The notes: generated by a model from the letters alone, not told the origin. A stretch of DNA of 64,000 bases from an uncultured bacterium (GCA_946056135.1 CAMGIN010000002.1:328-64327); one strand, 5' to 3'; numbered from the stretch's first letter, positions 19,540 to 29,061 are shown. Numbers and translations: made by a program.

Positions 19540-20124
19540 ATGAACTTTCAGAATGTAGAGTTTTTGATTTCCGCCGCCGCGCCCAGGGATTTCCCCAAAA
19601 ACCGCCTGCCGGAGATCGCCTTTGCCGGAAAGTCCAATGTGGGTAAATCCTCCGTCATCAACCGGCTGCTCCAGCGGAAAAACTATGCCAGGGTAGGGGA
19701 CAAGCCCGGGAAGACCATCCACGTAAACTATTTTGTCATTGACCAGAAGTGCTATTTCGTGGATTTGCCCGGCTACGGCTTTGCCAAGGTTTCCCAGCAG
19801 GAAAAGGAACGCTGGGGCAAGCTGATGGACGACTACTTTGCCGCGGGACGAATTGATCTCGGCGTTTTAATTGTGGACTACCGCCATCCGCCAACAAACA
19901 ATGACATCACCATGGCAAACTGGTTCCTGGAAACCGGCTGTCCCTTTGTGGTGGTGGCCAACAAGATGGACAAGCTGAAAAAAAGCGAGCTGGAGCCCAA
20001 CCTGAAAACCATCCGGGAAGATCTGAATCTGTCGGAGAGCTGCCCGGTGATTCCATTCTCCGCGGAAAAGGGGAACGGACGGGACGAGCTGGTACGTCAG
20101 ATTCTGTCGGTCGTTAAGGAGTAA
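19540..20124 (+). CDS. engB: Ribosome biogenesis GTPase EngB/YsxC/YihA
   Basis: GKSNVGKSS, DLPGYG, NKMD; follows lon. Confidence 0.96.
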   Translation: MNFQNVEFLISAAAPRDFPKNRLPEIAFAGKSNVGKSSVINRLLQRKNYARVGDKPGKTIHVNYFVIDQKCYFVDLPGYGFAKVSQQEKERWGKLMDDYFAAGRIDLGVLIVDYRHPPTNNDITMANWFLETGCPFVVVANKMDKLKKSELEPNLKTIREDLNLSESCPVIPFSAEKGNGRDELVRQILSVVKE

Positions 20125-20129
20125 GTCCC

Positions 20130-20600
20130 TTGATTCTGATATTGGCCGACTGGCGGTTTCGGGTGGACGTGGAGGCCACTCGGATTCGGACAACCCAGAA
20201 TGCGTCCGATCACTGTGAATGCGCCTACTGCAAGAATTACTATGACACGGTGGAGATGGCCCATCCCAAGCTCCGCCCCTTTCTGGCGGAGTTTGGGGTC
20301 CAGATTGCGGGACCCTCGGAGCTGATGCCCTTTGAACCCACGCTGATGCTGGCCTGCTACCGGGTTCAGGGGCAGATTCTGGAATGGGGAGAGACAGAAT
20401 TGTTTGTGGGCGGCGTCCCCATTGTTCCGGAGGCGGAGGATGACGACACGTTCCTGCTGTGGGTAGGGGAGCTGGAAGTGCCCTGGGTTCAGGAGGAACG
20501 GCCGGAGGATGTGGTATCTCCCGCCAACCTGCCGGAATTTATGGACCGAATGCGGGAAATGTGGTCCCTTCGCCATGGACAGGAAATCCTATTTTCATAA
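20130..20600 (+). CDS. Hypothetical protein with CxCxxC motif
   Basis: HCECAYCKNY...EVPWV; coding-like codon usage; start uncertain. Confidence 0.65.
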   Translation: MILILADWRFRVDVEATRIRTTQNASDHCECAYCKNYYDTVEMAHPKLRPFLAEFGVQIAGPSELMPFEPTLMLACYRVQGQILEWGETELFVGGVPIVPEAEDDDTFLLWVGELEVPWVQEERPEDVVSPANLPEFMDRMREMWSLRHGQEILFS

Positions 20601-20708
20601 ACAGACCAGGACAGTGGGAGCTGCCCTGGTTTTTACAATGCAATCGGAACTTGATTTCTTCCCCGGCGGCGGCTATAATGAACGCAGAAAAGCAGGGGAG
20701 ACGGCTAT

Positions 20709-21638
20709 ATGAAAAACATGCTCATCACCGGAGGAACCACGTTTGTCAGCCGTTACGCGGCGCAGTATTTTGCGGACAAGTATCAGGTATTCGTTCTGAA
20801 CCGCAAAACCCGGCCCCAGTGCGGCGGCGTTACCCTGATCGAAGGGGACCGGCACGCCCTGGGCAACAGGCTCCGTGGGCTGCATTTTGACGCGGTGCTG
20901 GACATTACGGCCTACACAGCAGCCGATGTGTCTGATCTTTTGGATGCCCTGGACAGTTTTGACGAGTATCTTCTCATCAGCTCCAGCGCCGTCTACCCGG
21001 AAACCGCCCCCCAGCCCTTTACCGAGGAAACGCCCACGGGGCCCAACCAGATCTGGGGAGCATACGGCACGGATAAGATCGCCGCAGAGCAGACTCTTCT
21101 TGCCCGGGTCCCGGATGCTTACATTCTCCGCCCGCCCTATCTCTACGGCCCCGGCAACAATGTGTACCGGGAGGCCTTCGTCTTCGACTGCGCCATGCAG
21201 GGAAGACCCTTCTGCCTGCCGGGAGACGGCGGCATGAAGCTGCAATTCTTCCATGTGGAGGATCTGTGCCGGTTTATGGATGTCATTCTGGAAGCGCATC
21301 CCAGGCAGCGTATCTTCAATGTGGGAAACCGGGACACGGTTACGGTCAAAGAATGGGTGGAAGCCTGCTATGAGGCTGTGGGAAAGCGGCCCGAATTCCG
21401 GAACATCCCTGCGTATGTGGAACAGCGAAAGTATTTTCCGTTTTACAACTACGGCTATTGTCTGGATGTGAAAAAGCAGTTTGAATATTTGTTCGACACC
21501 AAACCCCTGCCGGAGGGGCTGCGGGAATGCTTTGCCTGGTATCTGGAGCATCCTGACCTGGTGAAGAAAAAGCCGCTGCTGGAATATATGGATCAAAAGT
21601 ATCTATTCAGTCGCAGCCCGATACCATCAGATAAATGA
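20709..21638 (+). CDS. NAD-dependent epimerase/dehydratase (atypical SDR); last residues supplied by element copy 3
   Basis: LITGGTTFVS, ISSSAVY, YGTDK, RPPYLYGP. Confidence 0.88.
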   Translation: MKNMLITGGTTFVSRYAAQYFADKYQVFVLNRKTRPQCGGVTLIEGDRHALGNRLRGLHFDAVLDITAYTAADVSDLLDALDSFDEYLLISSSAVYPETAPQPFTEETPTGPNQIWGAYGTDKIAAEQTLLARVPDAYILRPPYLYGPGNNVYREAFVFDCAMQGRPFCLPGDGGMKLQFFHVEDLCRFMDVILEAHPRQRIFNVGNRDTVTVKEWVEACYEAVGKRPEFRNIPAYVEQRKYFPFYNYGYCLDVKKQFEYLFDTKPLPEGLRECFAWYLEHPDLVKKKPLLEYMDQKYLFSRSPIPSDK

Positions 21639-21864
21639 TCGTTAATGTGCATACCCACTGTAGGGGAGGGTCATTGACCCTCCCGCTGCGTAACGAAACA
21701 GAGCGTGAAATAGGTTGCTTCCAGTGCTGGTTTTCACAAAAAGCGACAGGTTTGACCGCTCAAAAACTTTCAGCCGGCGGGAGGGTCAATGACCCTCCCC
21801 TACAGTGGGTGCTGCTGTAAACGATCATTTACAGCAAGTAATATAGGGGCAACTGAATAGTTAC
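21599..21864. mobile_element. MITE-like element, copy 3 (266 bp) with a GTAG-REP pair
   Basis: Ends GTATCTATTCAG / CTGAATAGTTAC; inner boxes 21632-21645 and 21818-21831; perfect 34-bp IR 21653-21686/21777-21810; flanks GATCAAAA/GATCAAAT. Confidence 0.85.
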
Positions 21865-21971
21865 GATCAAATGATAAGCAGATACTATGACAACGGCATT
21901 CCTTCTGTCATGCCAGGCCAAACCAGCCGCCAGTATACTTAGCGATACATTCAACTTGTATAAGGCAAAAC

Positions 21972-22003
21972 AAAACCACGGACAGTCCCCATCCGTGGTT
22001 TTT
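21972..22003. terminator. Bidirectional terminator
   Basis: AAAACCACGGA-cagtcccca-TCCGTGGTTTTT between convergent genes. Confidence 0.7.
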
Positions 22004-22015
22004 CTGTGTCATAAA

Positions 22016-22264
22016 TCAATTGCCAGCTTTGGCGGCCTTCAGTGCCTGGGCCAGCTGATCGGGGCAGGAGGTGGCCTTCATGCCGCACTTGATGCCCTCG
22101 ATGCGGGAAATGACCTCGTCAACATCCATGCCTTCCACAAGCTTGCCGATGCCCTGGAGGTTGCCGTTGCAGCCCCCCAGGAACTGGACGTTTTTCACCT
22201 TGTTGTCCTCCAGATCGAAGTAGATCATCTGAGAGCAGGTGCCCTTGGTTTTGTACTGATACAT
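22016..22264 (-). CDS. TIGR03905-family TSCPD-domain protein
   Basis: YKTKGTCS...GGCNGNLQGI...GIKCG..TSCPDQLA. Confidence 0.9.
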   Translation of the reverse strand: MYQYKTKGTCSQMIYFDLEDNKVKNVQFLGGCNGNLQGIGKLVEGMDVDEVISRIEGIKCGMKATSCPDQLAQALKAAKAGN

Positions 22265-22281
22265 AGTCAAAAATCCTTTCT

Positions 22282-22755
22282 TTATTGAATAATGTCTGCA
22301 AGTTTCGCGCCCACCAGCTGGGCCAGTGCCTCCGGCGGGAGGATCATCTGGTGTCCTCTGGCCCCTGCGGAGACGGCGATTTCGTCCCAGAGAATGCAGG
22401 TCTCGTCAAAGAAGGTGGGGAATTTCTTCTTCATGCCCACCGGGCTGCAGCCGCCCCGTATATATCCGGTGAGCCCCAGCAGCTCCTTGACAGCCACCAG
22501 CTCCATGTTTTTGTCCCCGGCAGCCTTGGCCGCTTTTTTCAGGTCCAGCTCACAGCACACAGGAATACAGAATACGTTGATGCCGGTTTTCTCCCCCCGG
22601 GCCACCAGGGTTTTGAACACCTGCTCCTGGGGCATTCCGATGGCATCCGCCGCATGGGCGCCGCTCAGGTCTTTTTCGTCGAATTCGTAGAAGCGTTCCC
22701 GTACAGGGATTCCCGCCTGCTCCGCCAGACGGACCGCGTTGGTTTTCGTTGCCAT
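22282..22755 (-). CDS. ybaK: Cys-tRNA(Pro) deacylase
   Basis: KTNAVR, VFKTL, TGYIRGGCSPVG, SAGARG. Confidence 0.93.
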   Translation of the reverse strand: MATKTNAVRLAEQAGIPVRERFYEFDEKDLSGAHAADAIGMPQEQVFKTLVARGEKTGINVFCIPVCCELDLKKAAKAAGDKNMELVAVKELLGLTGYIRGGCSPVGMKKKFPTFFDETCILWDEIAVSAGARGHQMILPPEALAQLVGAKLADIIQ

Positions 22756-22859
22756 AGTATCACCGCCCGTTATTATACGATAATTTTAAAGCGCTTTCAA
22801 GTGTGAATTTTACAAAGCAATCTGGTTATCCTATATGAAAACCCACAGGAGGCAGATAC

Positions 22860-23537
22860 ATGAGCGAAAACGCAGATATGAAGAAACAGGAGCGGGAGCA
22901 GATCATCGAGCTTGGCTCCGACATCACCAAAAGCAGCAAGGGCAATATCTACACCCTGACCATTATCGGCCAGGTGGAGGGTCACCAGGTGGCACCGGAA
23001 ACCGTGAAAACCACTAAATATGAGCATGTGCTGCCGCTGCTGGCGGGGATCGAGGAGAGCGACGACATCGACGGCCTGCTGCTGCTGCTGAATACCGTAG
23101 GCGGGGACATTGAAGCGGGGCTTGCCATTGCGGAGATGATCGCGGGAATGAAGAAGCCCACGGTGTCCTTGGTGCTGGGCGGCGGCCATTCCATCGGCAT
23201 CCCCCTGGCAGTGTGTACCAAGAAATCCTTCATCACACCCACAGCCAGCATGACGGTGCATCCCGTGCGGATGACCGGCCTGGTGGTAGGGGCGCCCCAG
23301 ACCTTCCGCTATTTCCAGCGGATTCAGGAGCAGATCGCGGACTTTGTCACCGCCAATTCCCGGATCAGCCGGGAGGACTTCGAGCATTATATGATGGCCA
23401 CCGGGGAGATGGCCACCGATGTGGGCACCATTCTCTATGGCAAGGAAGCGGTTTCCTCCGGCCTCATCGACAAGCTGGGGGGCCTGAATGACGCCCTGTC
23501 CACGCTGCACCGGATGATCGAAAAGCAGAAGAAATAG
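22860..23537 (+). CDS. tepA: ClpP-like translocation-enhancing protein TepA
   Basis: IIGQVEGH, KTTKYEH, LNTVGGDIEAG, GGGHSIG; upstream of spoIIIE. Confidence 0.88.
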   Translation: MSENADMKKQEREQIIELGSDITKSSKGNIYTLTIIGQVEGHQVAPETVKTTKYEHVLPLLAGIEESDDIDGLLLLLNTVGGDIEAGLAIAEMIAGMKKPTVSLVLGGGHSIGIPLAVCTKKSFITPTASMTVHPVRMTGLVVGAPQTFRYFQRIQEQIADFVTANSRISREDFEHYMMATGEMATDVGTILYGKEAVSSGLIDKLGGLNDALSTLHRMIEKQKK

Positions 23538-23540
23538 TTT

Positions 23541-23582
23541 CAATGCCCCCAGCTCCATGGAAAGAGCTGGGGGCATTGGTTT
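23541..23582 (+). terminator. Terminator after tepA
   Basis: CAATGCCCCAGCTC...GAGCTGGGGCATTG followed by Ts. Confidence 0.75.
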
Positions 23583-23809
23583 TATGTCTGGGCTTCCAGC
23601 AGCAGGAATATCTTCTGCATATCAGAACCCTCCTTGAGATTTGTAATGGGACATCCTGGCACAAAAACGGAAAACATCCATGTTCTTGTGTCCAAACGCC
23701 CATGTGAGCGGGAAAACTACAGCCGAACCGGTAACGAAAATTAGGACTGGAAATTTTCTATAGAATATGGTATCATATGGTGTACTGCTTTGTAAAGGAG
23801 GGACTGCCC

Positions 23810-24646
23810 TTGAATCTCAACTGGCTCCAAAGTATTTTATACGGGTTTCTGGCGGGACTGACCGATATCCTGCCTGTCTCCGCCCAGGCCCATAAGGTGC
23901 TGCTGCTGAAATTCTACGGCATTTCCGGCAGTATGGAAGCCATGGATCTAACGATCCATCTGGGAATTTTCGCGGCGCTGTATCTCAGCTGCCGCAGTCA
24001 GCTGGTGCGCATCTCCCGGGCCAGGGCCTTGGCCAGGGTCCCCAAGCGCAAGCGCAAGCGCCCTCTGGATGTGCGCAGCCTGATGGATTTTCGCATGATG
24101 AAAACCATGCTGGTTCCGGTGATTCTGGGGCTTCTCTTCTGCCAGCGGGCCTCCAGGCTGGGGAGCAACCTGATGCTGGTGGCGCTGTTCCTCTTCCTGA
24201 ATGGCGTGATTCTCTACATTCCCCAATTCCTGCCCACCAGTAACCGGGATTCCCGGACCCTGTCCCGGGTGGAGGGCCTGCTCATGGGTCTGGGCGGCGC
24301 GGTGGGCGTGGTGCCGGGGTTCTCCGCCATCGGTGTGTCCACAGCCATTGGCTCCGTCTGCGGCGTGGAGCGGGGCTACGGCCTGAACATGGCGCTGGTG
24401 ATGAATCTGGTCCTGACCCTGGGCTATCTTGTCTGGGATGTGATGGAGATTGCCGCAAGCGGGCTGGGGACATTATCCTTTGGCATCCTTTTCCGGTACA
24501 TAGTGACTTCGCTGACCGCCTTCGGCGGTACAATACTGGGCGTGAGGCTCATGCGCCGTATTGCCCAAAACCATAGCTTCGCCCTGTTTGCTCTGTATTG
24601 CTTCGGGCTGTCGCTGTTTACCTTTATTTTGAATCTCATGGCATAA
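23810..24646 (+). CDS. UppP/BacA-like membrane protein with degenerate catalytic motifs
   Basis: YGFLAGLTDILPVSAQAH and PGFSAIG versus canonical GxxEGLTEFLPVSSxGH and PGxSRSG; TTG start after AAGGAGG. Confidence 0.8.
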   Translation: MNLNWLQSILYGFLAGLTDILPVSAQAHKVLLLKFYGISGSMEAMDLTIHLGIFAALYLSCRSQLVRISRARALARVPKRKRKRPLDVRSLMDFRMMKTMLVPVILGLLFCQRASRLGSNLMLVALFLFLNGVILYIPQFLPTSNRDSRTLSRVEGLLMGLGGAVGVVPGFSAIGVSTAIGSVCGVERGYGLNMALVMNLVLTLGYLVWDVMEIAASGLGTLSFGILFRYIVTSLTAFGGTILGVRLMRRIAQNHSFALFALYCFGLSLFTFILNLMA

Positions 24647-24657
24647 GGAGGGGTATC

Positions 24658-27486
24658 ATGGCTGAAAAGAAACCTGCCAGTAAGGCCGAGAAAAAGGTCA
24701 CAGAGGCAAAAGAAAAAAAGCCCTCTGCCAAGTCTTCCGCCAAATCTACCACGAAAAAATCCACCCAGAAAGCCGTCAAGAAAACCACCGCTGCTGCCCA
24801 GAAAAACGCCAAGGCAAAGACGGAGTATGACAATCCCATTTCTGCCAGCTTTGTGGTGGCCTTTCTCAGTCTGGCGCTGTTTGTTCTGTTTGTGATTATC
24901 AGCGTCAACCCCGATGGGGCACTGCTGAAGGTGGTGAAATCCGTCGTGCTTGGCCTGATCGGTCAGGCGGGGTTCTATTTTTCCATTCCGGCGCTGCTCT
25001 ATCTGTTCATCATCCACACCTTCTGTCGGAAAACGCCGGTGACGATGCGCAGTATCTGCGTGTTGAGCTTTGGGTTTCTCTGCGGCGCGATTTACCATCT
25101 CATTGTGCAGAACCAGCCCCTGTCCCAGGGGTTTGGGTTGATCGCGGAATTGTACAGCGGCGGCATTGCGGGCACGACCGGAGGTGTCCTTTGCGGCGGA
25201 TTTGCCTATCTGCTCCGCTGGGCCTGTGGGAAGCCCCTGTCCTTTTTGCTCACTGGTATTGGCGCTGTGCTGACCCTCCTTGGGGCCATGCAGATTACCA
25301 TTCCCAGTATTATCCGCGCCATTGCCAACCGTCCCCGGGACGATTGGGAGGAAGATCCGGAGGAAGAGGATGACTATATAGAGCCTGCGGCCATTGTGGT
25401 CAATCATATTGCCAACAAGCAGATTGCGCACAAGCGTCAGCGCCGGGAACAGGCGGCGCAGCAAGTGAAATATCAAGCATTCGAGGAGCCGGAACCCTTT
25501 CCGGAGCCTGTTGTCACCCGGCAAGCAAAAAAGCCAGAGCCCCAAACGATGCCGCAGCCTGTGTCAAAACCGGTGCAGCCGTCCCAGCCGGACACTGTCA
25601 AACAGGTTCCCGGGAAGGGCGCAGCCTTTATGAACCGGATTGACGTGGAGATCGGCGCTCCCTTGGCCGGGACCTCGGAATATGTCCGGGAAGAGGTGCC
25701 GCCTGTTTTCGAGGAACCGGTTTCCAAACCAACGCCTGTCCGGGTAGAAGAGGAGCCACTGGAAGCGCAGATCCCTGCAAGAATGCCGGATCTGGAATTG
25801 GATAAACCCATCCCGCCTGCGCCGAAGCTGGAATCCCAGCCAAAGCTTGCTCCGAAAGCACCTGCGGAACCAAAACCCGGCAAGGTCAGTGCCCGGGATG
25901 CGGCAGCCTCTGCCCAGCAGGTAGCAGAGGAGATCGCCCAGGCACAGACGGTCCAGAAACCGGAATACGCCTTCCCGCCCATTGATCTGCTGAACCGGCC
26001 AACCCGGGGCGGCACCGACGGTACGGAGGAAATGCGGGAAAATTCCAGGCGTCTCAACGAGACCCTGGCCAGCTTCAATATCGACGCCCATATTATCAAC
26101 GTCACCCGGGGCCCCAGCGTTACCCGGTATGAGGTGGAGCTGGACAAAGGTGTCCGGCTGAACAAGCTCACCAGCTGCGCCGATGACATTGCCCTGAGCC
26201 TGGGCGCTTCCGGCGTCCGCATTGCGGCTGTCCCCGGAAAAATCTCCGTAGTGGGCATCGAGGTGCCGAACCGTTCCGTTACCACCGTGTCCCTGCGGGA
26301 GGTCATCGACTCTTCTGAGTTTGCCAAAGCAAAATCCAAGACCTCCATTGCTCTGGGCAAGAGCATTGACGGGAACTGCGTTGTGGGCAACATTGCCAAG
26401 ATGCCCCACCTGCTGATTGCGGGCACTACCGGCTCCGGTAAATCCGTGTGCATGAACTCCATCATCATCAGCCTGCTGTACAAAGCAGGGCCGGAGGATG
26501 TGAAGCTCATCATGGTGGATCCCAAAATGGTGGAGCTGGGGATTTACAACGGCATTCCCCATCTGCTGATCCCCGTGGTCACAGACCCCAAAAAGGCGGC
26601 AGGCTCCCTGCAGTGGGCAGTTACGGAAATGCTCCGCCGGTACAAGATGATGTCCGATCTGGGTGTGCGGGATCTGGAATCCTACAACAGCATCGTTACC
26701 GCCGAGGAGGACGGCCAGAAGCTGCCTCAGGTGGTGATTATCATCGATGAGCTGGCAGACCTGATGATGGTGGCCGCCAAGGAAGTGGAGGACTCCATCT
26801 GCCGTATTGCTCAGATGGGCCGTGCCGCCGGTATGCACCTGATTATTGCCACCCAGCGGCCCTCCGCCAACGTCATCACCGGTCTGATGAAGGCCAACAT
26901 TCCCTCCCGGATTGCCTTCTCGGTAGCCTCCGCCATGGAATCACGGATAATCCTGGACACCATGGGCGCGGAGAAGCTGGTGGGCAAGGGCGATATGCTC
27001 TATGCCCCCATCGGCAGCGGCAAGCCTCTCCGGGTCCAGGGCTGCTTCGTCACCGACAGCGAGGTGGAAGCCGTGGCCGAGTATGTGAAGGAAAACTATG
27101 TGGCCGACTACAACCAACAGGTCCTGGATGAAATCGAGAAGAAAGCCCAGCAGGCCGGGAAAAAGCCTGCCAGCGTCTCCGACCCAGACCCCAGTGATGA
27201 AGAACTGGAAGGGGACGAGATGCTTCCCGCTGCTGTGGATGTGATTCTGGAAACCGGGCAGGCTTCCGTCTCCATGCTCCAGCGGCGATTGAAGCTTGGC
27301 TATGCCCGTGCGGCCCGGATCGTGGACGAGATGGAGGAAAAGGGCATCGTCGGCCCCTTCCAGGGATCCAAGCCCAGGGCCATCCTGATCACAAAAGAAC
27401 AGTGGGAGGCTATGAAAAACGGCCAGGGAGCGCAGTTGTCTATAGACGATATGGAGGACTACAGCGTTCCGGAGGAACTGGATTGA
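24658..27486 (+). CDS. ftsK: DNA translocase FtsK/SpoIIIE
   Basis: N-terminal TMs, Pro/Glu linker, AGTTGSGKS, IIDELAD, ATQRPS, gamma domain LQRRLKLGYARAARI. Confidence 0.97.
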   Translation: MAEKKPASKAEKKVTEAKEKKPSAKSSAKSTTKKSTQKAVKKTTAAAQKNAKAKTEYDNPISASFVVAFLSLALFVLFVIISVNPDGALLKVVKSVVLGLIGQAGFYFSIPALLYLFIIHTFCRKTPVTMRSICVLSFGFLCGAIYHLIVQNQPLSQGFGLIAELYSGGIAGTTGGVLCGGFAYLLRWACGKPLSFLLTGIGAVLTLLGAMQITIPSIIRAIANRPRDDWEEDPEEEDDYIEPAAIVVNHIANKQIAHKRQRREQAAQQVKYQAFEEPEPFPEPVVTRQAKKPEPQTMPQPVSKPVQPSQPDTVKQVPGKGAAFMNRIDVEIGAPLAGTSEYVREEVPPVFEEPVSKPTPVRVEEEPLEAQIPARMPDLELDKPIPPAPKLESQPKLAPKAPAEPKPGKVSARDAAASAQQVAEEIAQAQTVQKPEYAFPPIDLLNRPTRGGTDGTEEMRENSRRLNETLASFNIDAHIINVTRGPSVTRYEVELDKGVRLNKLTSCADDIALSLGASGVRIAAVPGKISVVGIEVPNRSVTTVSLREVIDSSEFAKAKSKTSIALGKSIDGNCVVGNIAKMPHLLIAGTTGSGKSVCMNSIIISLLYKAGPEDVKLIMVDPKMVELGIYNGIPHLLIPVVTDPKKAAGSLQWAVTEMLRRYKMMSDLGVRDLESYNSIVTAEEDGQKLPQVVIIIDELADLMMVAAKEVEDSICRIAQMGRAAGMHLIIATQRPSANVITGLMKANIPSRIAFSVASAMESRIILDTMGAEKLVGKGDMLYAPIGSGKPLRVQGCFVTDSEVEAVAEYVKENYVADYNQQVLDEIEKKAQQAGKKPASVSDPDPSDEELEGDEMLPAAVDVILETGQASVSMLQRRLKLGYARAARIVDEMEEKGIVGPFQGSKPRAILITKEQWEAMKNGQGAQLSIDDMEDYSVPEELD

Positions 27487-27602
27487 GGATATCCGATGCA
27501 AGGGAAGGAGTGAACTTCCTGCTGAACCCAAACCATGGAAATAGCGCAAGCTCTGCTCCATCAGTACATGCTTGGTAAATCTAAAAAAAATCCTGCATGA
27601 TT

Positions 27603-27630
27603 TGGCGCAAGCTTCGGCTTGCGCCTTTTT
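27603..27630 (+). terminator. Terminator downstream of ftsK
   Basis: GGCGCAAGC-TTCG-GCTTGCGCC-TTTTT. Confidence 0.75.
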
Positions 27631-27715
27631 ATCATTGAAAAGTTTGTCTCCTATGTCCGTCTGTTTTCCCTGGATTCTGTCCTGGAAAGCCGGCTGGAAG
27701 CGTTGTTGAAAACAT

Positions 27716-27752
27716 GAAAAATACCGGCAGGAGTTTCCTCTTGCCGGTATCA
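27716..27752 (-). terminator. Terminator of coaBC
   Basis: ATACCGGCA...TGCCGGTAT followed on the minus strand by TTTT. Confidence 0.65.
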
Positions 27753-27755
27753 TCC

Positions 27756-28946
27756 TTATTTCAGGGAGATAGCGATATTCAAAATGGCGTTCGCCGCGTC
27801 TTCTTTTGACTGCAAGGGCAGCTCCACGGTGGAATCCTTCGTGATGACGGTGAGAATGTTGGTGTCCACACCGAATCCGGCTCCGGGAACCTTCAGATTG
27901 TTGGCGCAGATCATGTCCAGGCCCTTCTTGTGGAGCTTTGCCCGGCTGTTTTCCACCATATCCCGGGTCTCCATGGAGAAACCGCAGAGGATTTGCCCCG
28001 GCTGCCGGTGTTCTCCCAGATATTTCAGAATATCCTGGGTGCGCTTCAGCGGGATGGACATGCTGCCGTCCTGCTTTTTGATTTTATCGTCCTGATAATC
28101 CGCAGGGGTATAGTCCGCCACCGCCGCTGCCTTGAAGATGAAATCCGCTTCCGGTGCGTTGGCAGCCACAGCTTCAAACATGTCCTGGGCCGATGTGACA
28201 TTGACCACCCGCACGAAAGGCGGCGGCGCGATGGCGGTAGGCCCGGAGACCAGCGTGACCTGCGCCCCCCGGAGCATGGCCATTTTCGCCAGGGCGTAGC
28301 CCATTTTGCCTGTGGAATGGTTGGTCAGATACCGGACAGGATCCAGCGCTTCTTGCGTGGGTCCGGCGGTGACCAGAATTTTTTTGCCAGCCAGATCGTG
28401 GGGCAATGCCAGATGCCGCAGAATGTACTGCAGCAATTCTTCCGGCTCCGGGAGCTTTCCTTTACCCACCGCCCCGCAGGCCAGTCGTCCGCTGGCAGGC
28501 TCGATAACCTCCCAGCCGTAGTGCTGGAGCAGCGCCAGATTGTCCTGGGTTACGGGATTTACGTACATATTGGTATTCATAGCCGGGGCAATCAGCTTGG
28601 GGCATCGGCAGGCCAGAACTGTGGTGGTCAGCATATCATCCGCAAGACCATGAGCCAGCTTGGCACAGACATTGGCGGTGGCCGGGGCGATGATTACCAG
28701 ATCCGTCCGCTCCGCCAGAGAGATATGCTCCACCTGATGGGAGAAATTGCGGTCAAAGGTATCTACCATGGTCCGGCGTCCGGTAAGCTGCTCGAAGGTC
28801 AGGGGCGTGATGAACTGTGTGGCGTTTTCGGTCATTACCACCTCCACCGCCGCGTGCTGTTTCACCAGTGCGGAAGCCAGTGCGGCGGCTTTATAAGCGG
28901 CAATACCGCCGGTAACGCCCAGCAGGACGGTTTTTCCTTTCAGCAT
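27756..28946 (-). CDS. coaBC: Bifunctional phosphopantothenoylcysteine decarboxylase/ligase
   Basis: GVTGGIAAYK, APATAN, PAMNTNM, LACG..G.GKL, DPVRYLTNHSTGKMG. Confidence 0.97.
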   Translation of the reverse strand: MLKGKTVLLGVTGGIAAYKAAALASALVKQHAAVEVVMTENATQFITPLTFEQLTGRRTMVDTFDRNFSHQVEHISLAERTDLVIIAPATANVCAKLAHGLADDMLTTTVLACRCPKLIAPAMNTNMYVNPVTQDNLALLQHYGWEVIEPASGRLACGAVGKGKLPEPEELLQYILRHLALPHDLAGKKILVTAGPTQEALDPVRYLTNHSTGKMGYALAKMAMLRGAQVTLVSGPTAIAPPPFVRVVNVTSAQDMFEAVAANAPEADFIFKAAAVADYTPADYQDDKIKKQDGSMSIPLKRTQDILKYLGEHRQPGQILCGFSMETRDMVENSRAKLHKKGLDMICANNLKVPGAGFGVDTNILTVITKDSTVELPLQSKEDAANAILNIAISLK

Positions 28947-29061
28947 AGAGGTTCCTCCTGACTTTTTGTTATAAGAATGCCTGCTGAATCAGCTGCTTTT
29001 GCGTTGTTTCGTACGCATTATTATAGTCCGTTTTTGACTGACTGTAAAGCATGATTTTTAC

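Noticed and set aside
21635-21820. 61-aa ORF within element copy 3 (similarly 5182-5463 over copy 1)
   Set aside because: A translation of REP palindromes with no coding signal.
24658-25960. Lys/Ala-rich N-terminus and Pro/Glu-rich linker of FtsK as a repeat insertion
   Set aside because: Low-complexity linkers are normal for FtsK/SpoIIIE; no nucleotide tandem repeat was seen.
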